Shown: positions 46,584 through 55,325, counted from the stretch's first letter. The stretch: DNA of 55,325 nt from a virus (IMGVR_UViG_3300037863_000028:1-55325), one strand, 5' to 3'. A program made the numbers and translations. The notes: a model not told the origin generated them from the sequence alone.

Positions 46584-48053
46584 TTAGCCTGTTGACTTAG
46601 ATTTACTGTACCCGTACGAGTCGCCAAATAAATTACCAACTAAGCCAGCTGCGTTTAGGCGTTGTGATTCGTTGCTAGCCGCATTAGCGTTAGCACCGTT
46701 GTAGTTAATAGCATACTGGCTAGGCATTGGCAGTGCGTTTAGACCTGCTTGTTGTGTTTGCATCCTACCTTGGACACCAGTTAAGTACCCTTGGTCGTAG
46801 GCAGTACCAGTATTTCTACCAGTAGCCAAGTCATAACGGCGTGACTCAGCTTGACGGCGTTCACCAGTTAACCCAGTTAGACCTGCAGACTTGGCTTGCG
46901 CACCAGCTGTCTGTTGCTGACGTGCCCGTTGTAGTCCGAAGTACTCAGGGTCAAAGTATTTAGAATCACCCAATAACCCAGTGGCTGCTTCGAGTCTTTG
47001 GTTAAATGCTTCTTTATTAGTTTGCTGCAGCTGTTGAAGTTCAGCCACCTGCATGTCCATAAGCTGACGCTGCTCGTCAGACAACCCATCACCAGCAATG
47101 GCTGAGCCAGCTAATTGGCCAGCAGCACGAAGTGTTAGGTCGGCTAACATCCTAGGGTCAGTTAGTTTATTGCCAATGGCTGAACCTACTTCACCTACCT
47201 TATTACCAAGACTACTAAAGAAGTTACCAGAAGCAGGGTTAGCAGTTGCGTTAGCTGCGTTATAAGCAGCACTAGTATTAGTAGCTAGAGCACCAGCGTT
47301 AGCTGCAGCATTGGTAGGACCAAGACCAGTAGGTACTGTTTGTGAACCTAAGTTAAGTCCTGCGGTAGTAGTGCCACCCGCATTAGTAAATCCTTGGGGG
47401 GCAGCGTTAGCAAAAGTGGTGCTCCCGTTTGCCGCTTGATTACTAAGCTGTGCCATAGACGGTGTGGTAGACCCACCAAATCCCACCCCCGTAGGGGTAG
47501 CAAAACTACTAGTGCCACCTGCAGCACCTAAAGTACTAGTGGGCGCTCCAAGAGGAGTGGATGCTATAAGACCAGAGTCTGCTACAGGGAAAGAAGTAGC
47601 CCCCGAACCACCTATAGTTGAGCCAGCACCTGATGTTGTAGCAACATTAGCAGCAGCGTCTAAACCTTGGGCGTACCCACCTATACCGCCACCAATGCCA
47701 CCAAACAATGCACCTTTACCAACGTTCTGTCCTGTTAGTAGAGCAGCGCCTGCACCTAGGCCAGCACCTACAATTGCAGAGCCAACGCCTAGACCTACTG
47801 CACTAGACATACCAAAGGCGGCAGCTGATAGACCCATAGACGTACCTATAGAGGCAGCAATAGCCGGGGCAGCGATAGGGATAGCGATCATAGCAGCTAC
47901 AGCAACGATAGCCATTATGCCACCCTTACCGCCACCATGTAAGTCTATGGAACTAGCAATAGGGTTACGCTTAAAGCCATTGACCCCGCCAAAAGCTCCG
48001 ATGGGCATGTATTCTGCTTCAAACCCATAAGGGGCGCGAGTGGTAATAGACAT
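46584..48053 (-). CDS. internal virion/DNA pilot (ejection) protein
   Basis: Long Gly/Ala hydrophobic N-terminal stretch, Gln-rich C-terminus. Confidence 0.65.
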   Translation of the reverse strand: MSITTRAPYGFEAEYMPIGAFGGVNGFKRNPIASSIDLHGGGKGGIMAIVAVAAMIAIPIAAPAIAASIGTSMGLSAAAFGMSSAVGLGVGSAIVGAGLGAGAALLTGQNVGKGALFGGIGGGIGGYAQGLDAAANVATTSGAGSTIGGSGATSFPVADSGLIASTPLGAPTSTLGAAGGTSSFATPTGVGFGGSTTPSMAQLSNQAANGSTTFANAAPQGFTNAGGTTTAGLNLGSQTVPTGLGPTNAAANAGALATNTSAAYNAANATANPASGNFFSSLGNKVGEVGSAIGNKLTDPRMLADLTLRAAGQLAGSAIAGDGLSDEQRQLMDMQVAELQQLQQTNKEAFNQRLEAATGLLGDSKYFDPEYFGLQRARQQQTAGAQAKSAGLTGLTGERRQAESRRYDLATGRNTGTAYDQGYLTGVQGRMQTQQAGLNALPMPSQYAINYNGANANAASNESQRLNAAGLVGNLFGDSYGYSKSKSTG

Positions 48054-48533
48054 TTAAGCCTCCGATAAATCTAATCGCATAAGTGTATATGCGGGTTTAA
48101 AACCAAACCTAGAAATTACACGCTGCATAGCAGGAGTAACCCAGCCTTCAACTGTTCTGACGCCGTTCATATACATCCAGCCACAGAGCTTTACCCAGAA
48201 CTTCTCATACAACGCTTCTAATTCTGTACCTGATAGCACTAGTATGTTCATAGCAGCTAACTTAGGGTATGGAACAAGCTCAACGATTACAACTAGCTTT
48301 ACATCTGGCTGTATGCACTTGTCGCTACGTACAATAAAGGCATTAACTTTCTGCTGTAGTATCATGGTGTGTATATCTTCAGTAGTCATCTCGCCTTTCA
48401 TAGCTCGCTTGACACACTTATCAATTAGCGGTTTCATATACGGCCAGTACTTATCTAACTGTTCTTTAGTAGATACGAGTAGCGGCTCATAGTCGTCTAA
48501 TGGAAGTGGGTCAAAGCCCGGTATCGCAGCCAT
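48054..48533 (-). CDS. GNAT-like virion-associated protein
   Basis: 159 aa; position between tail and ejection genes; GVRTVEGW...RFGFK. Confidence 0.5.
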   Translation of the reverse strand: MAAIPGFDPLPLDDYEPLLVSTKEQLDKYWPYMKPLIDKCVKRAMKGEMTTEDIHTMILQQKVNAFIVRSDKCIQPDVKLVVIVELVPYPKLAAMNILVLSGTELEALYEKFWVKLCGWMYMNGVRTVEGWVTPAMQRVISRFGFKPAYTLMRLDLSEA

Positions 48534-49366
48534 TATTCGCCCTTATATTTCTCAAGCATTGAATCAAAGAACTCTTTACCTTTCATCTTAACAACGTGTG
48601 CTGGGATTACGTACTCACCAGTAGACACACGAATAGGGACACTATCGCTAGTGCCAGTGCCGGGACCTTCAACCTTACCGCCGCTAGAGCCGTTCTCACC
48701 AGCAGTAACTTTACCATCAACCATACCGCCCATTGCAAAACTCTGCATCTGTTCTGGGGATTGCATTGGTGGTTGCCCACCCTGACTACCCATAGACCTT
48801 ACAGCTAGTAGGATTGTAAACACTAGCCCTTGGTCGTACTCTGGGGATAAACTCTGTTCATCTGCAAAACCTTGCTCGATTGCAAACTTACGGATATACG
48901 GATACATCTCTGGGTTTTGTAAAGCAGTCAACGCTAGCTGCCCAGCTTGGTTAAGTTCTTCTGGGGTTACTTCACCAGACTTAACCCCTGCTTCGATTGC
49001 ACTAGCGATCTGCTGAACGGCTTGTGGGTTCTTACGCATAAAATCTTGTAGCTGTAACTCTAGCTGTTGTGAGTTCATGTTGGCTGGCTTAACACCTTGA
49101 GGTTGCAAACCCGGTTGCCCACCCGGCATAGCCGGAGCACCCTGCATACCCTGCATGTCAGGCATACCACCGCCACCTACCATACCGCCTGCTGCATAAC
49201 TAGGCATGAACGTAGGGTTAGACTGTCCCATACCAGATGACAATCCTACTGAGGGGTTAAATGGTTGTTGGCTCATATTATCCTGCGTAACGGGTGGTGT
49301 CATAGGACCAAGTAGCTGCGCCAATACTGGCGGCAAGTCTAGCGAAGTCGTTGGATTGTTTTTCAT
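48533..49366 (-). CDS. Met/Gln/Pro-rich internal virion protein
   Basis: YAAGGMV, FAMGGMV and GPGTGTSDSVPIRVSTGEYVIP motifs. Confidence 0.65.
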   Translation of the reverse strand: MKNNPTTSLDLPPVLAQLLGPMTPPVTQDNMSQQPFNPSVGLSSGMGQSNPTFMPSYAAGGMVGGGGMPDMQGMQGAPAMPGGQPGLQPQGVKPANMNSQQLELQLQDFMRKNPQAVQQIASAIEAGVKSGEVTPEELNQAGQLALTALQNPEMYPYIRKFAIEQGFADEQSLSPEYDQGLVFTILLAVRSMGSQGGQPPMQSPEQMQSFAMGGMVDGKVTAGENGSSGGKVEGPGTGTSDSVPIRVSTGEYVIPAHVVKMKGKEFFDSMLEKYKGE

Positions 49367-49368
49367 AT

Positions 49369-49716
49369 TTAACCTCTAAGTTGGCTGATTAGTATGTTGA
49401 CAGCGCTGCGTAAATTAACAACGTCATTAGCTAGGTTCTGTACATCACTAACCAACTTAGCATAATCGTCTAGCGACGGTACGGTAACACCACTAATTGT
49501 ATACCCTGTGCCACTTGCTGTCACTCTTGTCATGTTCTGGGTAGGAGTAGATGTTATGCTGACCTGCCCCTTAGTAATCGCACGGCTAGCGCCATCAAGT
49601 TCTGTACCTGTGCCAGCTAAAAGCTCAATGTTTTCTTTAAGCGCACTAAATGTTTGCGACTGCCAGTAGTCAACTCCTGACTGGGGTATGGTAGGGATTG
49701 CTGTGAACCGTGACAT
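49369..49716 (-). CDS. tail-associated protein
   Basis: 115 aa with C-terminal coiled coil, after the tail nozzle gene. Confidence 0.65.
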   Translation of the reverse strand: MSRFTAIPTIPQSGVDYWQSQTFSALKENIELLAGTGTELDGASRAITKGQVSITSTPTQNMTRVTASGTGYTISGVTVPSLDDYAKLVSDVQNLANDVVNLRSAVNILISQLRG

Positions 49717-49717
49717 G

Positions 49718-52330
49718 CTAAGCCTCTTTTAAACCAGTGGGTGTTTCTGCCAAGTGGATAGCCTTAATCCTAATGCTGCTCTCTACACCCACTTCTATAG
49801 TGTCTGCCAAATACCCAGACGGCAATCTAAAAACACTCTGGTCAGTTATGTCAGCTGTATATATTAGTTCTTTGTTAGCCCACATACTAAACGTGGCCAC
49901 ATCTGAGCCAGTGAAGTCAGCGATAATTCTAGCAGCACCTAGGTTAAGGTAGTCTTTAGTTACAATAACTTTCGACTTCCACTGCTGCTCACCTAGCGGT
50001 TGTGCTAAATCATCCCACTGGTATATCTTGCCATCATCACCACAGGAGTAGTACAAGTCACCTGACTTACCATCGTAGTGCGCAGCGCAGAACCTAGTAG
50101 GAGTATCTACATAGAACCCACCAACCTGATCGTCACGCTCAAATACTATAGATCCACCTAAAGAACCTTTAGTCCACGAGGCAAAATACTTATCCCCATA
50201 GAACTCACCAATAAGAGTAGATGGGTCTAGGTCTGTCTCCCAAGTATCGCGTACCTGCAACAGTTTAGTAAGTATGATTGGTCCAGCACTTGGAGAGTAC
50301 AAAGCCAAGCCATCGTGTGTAGCATAGATAACACCATAGCTCATAACAACAACGCTTCGCTTAGATACGCATGGGTACTGGGCATCAATACGGTTAACAG
50401 ACATTACGTTAGGGTTAGTACCAGTTATCTGGTACGGATAAGAATCTGTTAGTACTAATAAGAAGCCGCTAATCACAGCGATAGCCACAATGTCACGCTC
50501 GATTGTACGTATGTATTTTTGTGGCCATGCGTGTGGCAGTGACGGCTCTGAGAAGTATATCTTGTTACCAGCGAATCCCACATAGATACTGTTTTGCATT
50601 ACCGTTAGACCCTTAAGATCGTCAGGTGGTGGGTCGTACTCATCAGTGTCTAGTATGGTAAACAGATTGCGTGAGTCAAAGTCGTCGATAAAATTGTAGT
50701 TGGCATCACCCCAGTACCTAGCTGGCTTTGTAGTATTCTCAGCCACATCGTAGTACAGCGTACCGGTTGCTGCTACCTCAGTAACATCTGCAGCAGTCTG
50801 CTCAAACTCAAACGTGAAGCTGTCTATAACATCAGTAACAATACCACCTGTGATATTAAACGATGCACTCGTGCACCCACTAATCTTAAACCTATCATCA
50901 ATGTTTAGGTTGTGGTAGTCGGTAGTTGTTACAGTCGATATGTTAGCCGTACGCTTTACTAGCGCAACTGTGCCGGGAAACCACAATGTATTAAGCAAGA
51001 AGTATTCTGTACCAGACGCAGTAGGTAGAGTCCTGTAGATTCGTACCCCACGTATAAAGTTAACACCAGCTGGTGGTGTATTCGGTATGTTAGAAACAGT
51101 AACCGTGATACCTTCTTTTATAAAAATTTCATCCGAAGGTAGTGAGCCAATTGATTCTTCTTCCCACGGTGTATACCACGTATATACATAAGACCTAGCC
51201 TGTGTCAGACCGCTTAGCGTGACCTTACCACTGCCATCTGCAACTGTACTAACTGCTTCTCCGGGTGAGAAGTATGTAATCGTAGTCGCATTAAGGATGG
51301 TGACAACAACGTTAGTCGCGTTAAACGTAGAGACTGTGTTTGTGCCAACTGGGAACCCTGTGATTGACGCAACGTTACCGCTTCTTAACAGGTGTGGGGC
51401 TTCGGTTACGATAGTCGCTAAGTTACTAGAATCTCTTGCGCGACTGGCACTAATCGTACCTGCTTTGTTAATAACACTTGCCGTGTACGGTACGGTTGTA
51501 GAATCAAACCCGATGTTAATGTACGTGAACGTTGTGCTGTCTACAACCGTAACTTCTACCGAAGCGTTATTAAAGCTTGATAGATCTAAATTAACATCGC
51601 CAGTATCAGGCGCACCGGCAGTAACAGCTACTGTAAAAACGTTATCGTCAACACGAGTAGCTGTGTATATACCATCTACTCCACTACCTGTTGTAAATTC
51701 TAGCGTGACAGATGCACCTGTTGAAAGACCATGCCCCGTAATTGTAATGGTTGTAGTACTAGTACCGTTATCTGAGTACGTACCTTCTAGTTCAGTGAAT
51801 CCATTTATGTTTACAGAATCATCTGTAACAAGTCCATGATCCGCGCTTGTAATAATAGTAGCTACGTTTGATGCCCGTGAATATGAAGCAGTAGTAGAAC
51901 TTGCTTGAAGCGCTTGAGCTACGGTACTTAGTTCTGTATCTGGAAGCGGTAGCCCTAGGTCGTAGGCGCTAACTGGATATGGCTCAGCGCCAGACGTTGC
52001 AAGTTTGTAGTCACTTACCTTAGGCACACCGTCACCAGTAAAATAAAAGCGCTGCTCGCTCTCTTTGTCATTGGCAAGGCCAGCAATATCAACGTCACTA
52101 GTCCAAGTTAACCACTTCTTCTCATCTGTAACTGGGTCGCGCAAAATGTACAGTGACTTAATGGCTATAGTTCGCTCAGTGCTATCAATGACAACAGGCT
52201 GTGGGTAGGGTATCAAGTCACCAGAGTAAAGCTTACAGTTGTTAGCTATCTGGCCTGCTGTGTTAGGCAATAGTTCAGGGGATATCTTAGGCGCGATACC
52301 AAGAAACTTCTCGATCTTTATACCAGCCAT
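49718..52330 (-). CDS. tail tubular B / nozzle (stabilisation) protein with inserted beta domains
   Basis: FLGIAPKISPELLP, YVYTWYTPWEEES, IYFSEP..PHAWP, CVSKRS motifs. Confidence 0.75.
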   Translation of the reverse strand: MAGIKIEKFLGIAPKISPELLPNTAGQIANNCKLYSGDLIPYPQPVVIDSTERTIAIKSLYILRDPVTDEKKWLTWTSDVDIAGLANDKESEQRFYFTGDGVPKVSDYKLATSGAEPYPVSAYDLGLPLPDTELSTVAQALQASSTTASYSRASNVATIITSADHGLVTDDSVNINGFTELEGTYSDNGTSTTTITITGHGLSTGASVTLEFTTGSGVDGIYTATRVDDNVFTVAVTAGAPDTGDVNLDLSSFNNASVEVTVVDSTTFTYINIGFDSTTVPYTASVINKAGTISASRARDSSNLATIVTEAPHLLRSGNVASITGFPVGTNTVSTFNATNVVVTILNATTITYFSPGEAVSTVADGSGKVTLSGLTQARSYVYTWYTPWEEESIGSLPSDEIFIKEGITVTVSNIPNTPPAGVNFIRGVRIYRTLPTASGTEYFLLNTLWFPGTVALVKRTANISTVTTTDYHNLNIDDRFKISGCTSASFNITGGIVTDVIDSFTFEFEQTAADVTEVAATGTLYYDVAENTTKPARYWGDANYNFIDDFDSRNLFTILDTDEYDPPPDDLKGLTVMQNSIYVGFAGNKIYFSEPSLPHAWPQKYIRTIERDIVAIAVISGFLLVLTDSYPYQITGTNPNVMSVNRIDAQYPCVSKRSVVVMSYGVIYATHDGLALYSPSAGPIILTKLLQVRDTWETDLDPSTLIGEFYGDKYFASWTKGSLGGSIVFERDDQVGGFYVDTPTRFCAAHYDGKSGDLYYSCGDDGKIYQWDDLAQPLGEQQWKSKVIVTKDYLNLGAARIIADFTGSDVATFSMWANKELIYTADITDQSVFRLPSGYLADTIEVGVESSIRIKAIHLAETPTGLKEA

Positions 52331-52339
52331 GACTACCCT

Positions 52340-52558
52340 TTACTTTATTAGTTGACTACCACATACTGCATAAAACACATCTAGGAAATTAGCACCAGCC
52401 TCTAGGGTCTGTGGTGTATCTTTAGCGGAGTAGGTTGGTAGGTCACGTTCTAACTCACGACAGATAGTTCTAGTCGTCTCTGAGTTTTGAGTGCTTGCGC
52501 AACCGCTCAATAGCAGACTCATCACTACGACCAGCCCTGCGAACTCTATCTGCCGCAT
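52340..52558 (-). CDS. o-spanin (lipoprotein)
   Basis: Lipobox LLSG-C; overlaps the 3' end of the i-spanin in another frame. Confidence 0.75.
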   Translation of the reverse strand: MRQIEFAGLVVVMSLLLSGCASTQNSETTRTICRELERDLPTYSAKDTPQTLEAGANFLDVFYAVCGSQLIK

Positions 52559-52715
52559 CTTGTATCTTCCTAGACTGTTGGCGGTCTATGTCAGACTGCC
52601 GATTAAATTCGTTGTTAACACCATCACGCTTACCAGTAAAGTATATAGCCAGTACACCTGTTACAACTGCCAGTGCTGCGATAATATATCCCTTAAACTT
52701 TATCCACACCCACAT
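52470..52715 (-). CDS. i-spanin
   Basis: N-terminal TM helix plus charged coiled region; AGGAG RBS before ATG 52715; follows the endolysin. Confidence 0.72.
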   Translation of the reverse strand: MWVWIKFKGYIIAALAVVTGVLAIYFTGKRDGVNNEFNRQSDIDRQQSRKIQDAADRVRRAGRSDESAIERLRKHSKLRDD

Positions 52716-52723
52716 AGTAACTC

Positions 52724-53095
52724 CTAGTAAGACCACACGTTAGGTCTAGGTGGTGCATCAAGGCAATCAATGTGTATAAACCTAGCTTGACCACGTTGAT
52801 TAACTCCGATGCCTGTAAACCCTACATCAAATGCTAGCTGCAATAACTTATAAGCATCACTACCACTCACACCAATATCTGCAGCAAGACCCAAACTATG
52901 CACACCCGGCGTAACTTTCTTAGCTTCGACAGGATGTTGGGGACACCTGTACCCACTAGTTATAAGCATAGGCTTGCCGTATAAATTACGCAGCGTTTGC
53001 AGTCTGTGTATAAACGTAGGATTCATTTGAACCTTACCGCAGTGCTTACACTTAAACTCATCTTCACTAAAGTTAGGATACAAACTCCAGTCCAT
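52724..53095 (-). CDS. endolysin, peptidase M15A family
   Basis: NFSEDEFKCKHCG, ITSGYRC, HSLGLAADI, FIHID; likely start at MDWS (53095). Confidence 0.88.
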   Translation of the reverse strand: MDWSLYPNFSEDEFKCKHCGKVQMNPTFIHRLQTLRNLYGKPMLITSGYRCPQHPVEAKKVTPGVHSLGLAADIGVSGSDAYKLLQLAFDVGFTGIGVNQRGQARFIHIDCLDAPPRPNVWSY

Positions 53096-53096
53096 A

Positions 53097-53339
53097 CTAG
53101 TCGTCAATCTTGGTTTGCTTAACAACTCTGGCGATTGGGCTGGCAACGATGCAGACGATTGCGATAACTCGGAGGATGTCTGTTCCGATTTGATCGGTGA
53201 TATTGTCCGGGAGAATTTGGATAACAGCTGCGACAGCATTAGGGAACGCCTCCAATAATGTAAGCAACGCACCACCTATAATGGACAGGCGAACCGACCA
53301 CCACTTAGACCAATTGCCTGCGTCATTTACTAGTTTCAC
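53097..53339 (-). CDS. holin
   Basis: Two TM helices, WSKWWSVRL and ARVVKQ; upstream of the endolysin. Confidence 0.75.
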   Translation of the reverse strand: MKLVNDAGNWSKWWSVRLSIIGGALLTLLEAFPNAVAAVIQILPDNITDQIGTDILRVIAIVCIVASPIARVVKQTKIDD

Positions 53340-53512
53340 TTCTTACCTTTCATCATGCATTTACCTGCTGACTTACACTTAGCAGGAGACTTACAGGAAG
53401 CACAGGGCTTAAATGTCATACCACCTTTGGCATATCCCATAGGCTTAGTAGCAGGTTTCATAGCAGGTTTCATAGCAGGTTTCATAGCAGGTTTCATCAT
53501 CATACCGGGCAT
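53336..53512 (-). CDS. small Met/Lys/Cys-rich protein (58 aa)
   Basis: MPGMM(MKPA)4TKPMGYAKGGMTFKPCASCKSPAKCKSAGKCMMKGKK, translated by hand; AAGGAG RBS; GTGA overlap with the holin start. Confidence 0.75.
   Translation of the reverse strand: MPGMMMKPAMKPAMKPAMKPATKPMGYAKGGMTFKPCASCKSPAKCKSAGKCMMKGKK
53450..53497. repeat. perfect 12-bp tandem repeat x4 (agcaggtttcat)
   Basis: Encodes MKPA x4 on the minus strand. Confidence 0.95.
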
Positions 53513-53527
53513 ATCGTACTCCTTAGG

Positions 53528-53749
53528 TTATTTACCAAACTTCTCAAAAAATATACTCACTGCAGTAATAGCAGCAGCAGCCCACAAGAACGGTTTAGCT
53601 AGCTTACCTATCCACTCAAGGACTAGGAACGCACCTTTTGCCGCGCTAAAGGCAACAACTACTTCGCTTGTCTTTTTATCTAAGTGATCTACTTTGTTCT
53701 CTACTTCTAAGAGTCTATCGTATATTTGTTTGTGGGTCACGTCATTCAT
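53528..53749 (-). CDS. small membrane protein (coiled coil + C-terminal TM)
   Basis: MNDVTHKQIYDRLLEVE...FLWAAAAITAVSIFF. Confidence 0.7.
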   Translation of the reverse strand: MNDVTHKQIYDRLLEVENKVDHLDKKTSEVVVAFSAAKGAFLVLEWIGKLAKPFLWAAAAITAVSIFFEKFGK

Positions 53750-54248
53750 TACTCGCCTCTTTAATCTCATCCATCACTGCTAACAACGCAGCGAAACAAT
53801 CTCGTGCTTGGGTTGATATATCTTCGCGGGTGCGATAGGTCTGTAGTACTGCTAATGCTTCTTTACGGTCATCCCATTGGAGATGTTTAGTCGGGTATCC
53901 ATCTAGCCTACGGCGCATTACTTCGCCACCCATTAAGTGCGCACCTGTTAACACATACGCTGCACCTGCAATAGCTAGGGGGTCGCCATCAATAAGATCT
54001 ATGTATTTCTCTGGGGCATTTAGCGGTGCTACGAACAGATCTATTGCAAGTATGTCAGCTTCTAGTCTGTCAGTTCTACCAACCGAGTCTGGTATGTAGT
54101 TATCAACATACAAGTGTATTTGAAATAAAGCTGTAAGCCATTTAGCATACCAGTCTAATGGGGGTTTACCCGAAGCCAAAGCAGCACCAACCGGATGCTG
54201 TTCACAGGCATGATGCAAGTCACGAGTAGCATCCCATAGTGGTGTCAT
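53742..54248 (-). CDS. heme oxygenase-like protein
   Basis: LWDATRDLHHACE (proximal His helix), R...LEAD, AYVLTGAHLMGG (distal helix). Confidence 0.75.
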   Translation of the reverse strand: MTPLWDATRDLHHACEQHPVGAALASGKPPLDWYAKWLTALFQIHLYVDNYIPDSVGRTDRLEADILAIDLFVAPLNAPEKYIDLIDGDPLAIAGAAYVLTGAHLMGGEVMRRRLDGYPTKHLQWDDRKEALAVLQTYRTREDISTQARDCFAALLAVMDEIKEASNE

Positions 54249-54445
54249 TATTCAAAACTCCCGCCAAGCTCAATGACCCGAGCCATCCAAGGGCGGCGTG
54301 ATGTAAACGTTTCTAGGTATGGTTGACCTGTGCTTAAGCGGTTCCCGGGTTCCAGTACGCCGTACCCCATAGGAGGCTCGCCGTGGGTAATCCAAAAAGT
54401 TTGAACTTCGGCTACAAAGTTTTGGGTAGAGTTTAAATTGCTCAT
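54248..54445 (-). CDS. hypothetical protein (65 aa)
   Basis: Start at ATG 54445, with ATGA overlap on the DUF285 gene stop and TAATG overlap on the next gene. Confidence 0.65.
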   Translation of the reverse strand: MSNLNSTQNFVAEVQTFWITHGEPPMGYGVLEPGNRLSTGQPYLETFTSRRPWMARVIELGGSFE

Positions 54446-55325
54446 GCTGGTGAGTCTCCAGTAATTGTCCAACCCGCACCCGTACGAAGAACCGTAGCAG
54501 CTGAAAGAACGCCATCCCACGATGTAACAGTATGTGGGCCAGTACCAATAGCGCCGCCAGTTCCTGTTGCTTGGAGCGCATCAGTATAATCATACAGCGC
54601 CCATGAAGAACCTAGTATCGCAAAGTACCAGTCGTTAGATGCATCATAAGTTTGAGTAGTGCCGTTGTACAGATATGAAGTATTGGCATCGGCATCGCTA
54701 GCCCCTGTTACAACAACAGTTCTGCTGCCAACTAAGAACGCGCGAGCAGCTACAGCATTAGTAAACCTCTCACCCGGTACATAGACGTTAGCATTGTATA
54801 GACGAGTAGCGGTGAAGTTTGCAGTAGTGTTGTACGGCCCGTCATCTTGTGCAATATCATTAGCCCAACCAACTAATGTACGCGAGTAATTTTCTTCGTT
54901 TAGGTTTTGCATTCCTATATTTGACATAGCTAAACTAACTTTGTTTAAGTTCCAATCTCCAACGTTTTGGTTAAATGCTAATCCGTTGGTGAACATACCA
55001 TTCATACTAGTAACTGCACCTGTGTTCCAAGAACCAATAGGTTGGTTAAATGCTGTCGCACTTTGGAACATTTGTTGCATATTAGTAACTGCACTTGTGT
55101 TCCAGTTGTTTATAGTTGCACTACCACCGTTGTTAAATGCTGATGCGTTTGCTAACATAATAAACATATTAGTAACTGCGCTTGTGTTCCAACTTCCAAT
55201 GTCTTGGTTAAATGCTGATGCGGATGCGAACATAATGGACATATTAGTAACTGCGCTTGTGTTCCACGAACCGATGTCTTGGTTAAATGCTGTCGCAACG
55301 TTGAACATAGCAGACATACTAGTAA
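54442..55325 (-). CDS. 3' part of the DUF285/BspA-like repeat virion protein (continuation of 1343..1)
   Basis: 25-aa repeats [25 protein letters not shown]; C-terminal NYSRTLVGW...GWTITG cap. Confidence 0.88.
   Translation of the reverse strand, partial: TSMSAMFNVATAFNQDIGSWNTSAVTNMSIMFASASAFNQDIGSWNTSAVTNMFIMLANASAFNNGGSATINNWNTSAVTNMQQMFQSATAFNQPIGSWNTGAVTSMNGMFTNGLAFNQNVGDWNLNKVSLAMSNIGMQNLNEENYSRTLVGWANDIAQDDGPYNTTANFTATRLYNANVYVPGERFTNAVAARAFLVGSRTVVVTGASDADANTSYLYNGTTQTYDASNDWYFAILGSSWALYDYTDALQATGTGGAIGTGPHTVTSWDGVLSAATVLRTGAGWTITGDSPA

Noticed and set aside
37668-52000. Many long + strand ORFs opposite the virion genes (38337, 40374, 47464, 51219 and others)
   Set aside because: Low-information antisense shadows of genuine minus-strand genes; no domains recognised.
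53096-53275. N-terminal extension of the endolysin ORF (and similar extensions at 16132, 18204, 20158, 22652, 25818, 54520)
   Set aside because: The extensions overlap upstream genes or repeats; downstream ATGs have better RBS or coupling.
53355-53687. 110-aa + strand ORF with AGFI repeats
   Set aside because: Shadow of the minus-strand MKPA gene, which has the RBS and operon coupling.
55280-55325. 46-bp terminal repeat as a biological direct terminal repeat
   Set aside because: It falls mid-gene inside a coding repeat array and the frame continues across it, so it is best explained as an assembly overlap.
54960-55325. Diversity-generating retroelement acting on the tail repeats
   Set aside because: No reverse transcriptase and no template/variable repeat pair with adenine-specific differences.

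Overview
The window is an apparently complete, circularly permuted ~55.3 kb tailed dsDNA phage genome. It looks podovirus-like: no tape measure or sheath, with tubular tail proteins and ejection proteins. Bases 1-46 equal bases 55280-55325, and one DUF285/BspA-repeat tail gene reads in frame across that join. The + strand arm (16159-35917) carries small early genes, a MoxR AAA/VWA module, family A DNA polymerase, a PD-(D/E)XK nuclease, VRR-NUC, SNF2 helicase and primase-helicase. The - strand arm (15860 -> 1/55325 -> 35903) carries packaging, head, tail, lysis and ejection genes, including a 2946-aa polyvalent protein and a heme oxygenase-like gene. I saw no integrase, RNA polymerase, tRNA or CRISPR. 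The main finding is a 290-aa intein in the Walker A motif of the terminase large subunit. It has no endonuclease in its own frame, but a complete 237-aa HTH+HNH endonuclease gene lies on the opposite strand wholly inside it. That gene has its own TTGACA-17-TACAAT promoter and GGAGG RBS written into the intein coding sequence. Other observations: two more free-standing endonucleases around the terminase, a repeat-built cassette-like early region with a duplicated promoter+gene unit, a motif-dense non-coding region with PhaR-like boxes, and apparent CCWGG avoidance. Product names come from motif recognition by eye, not from database searches.
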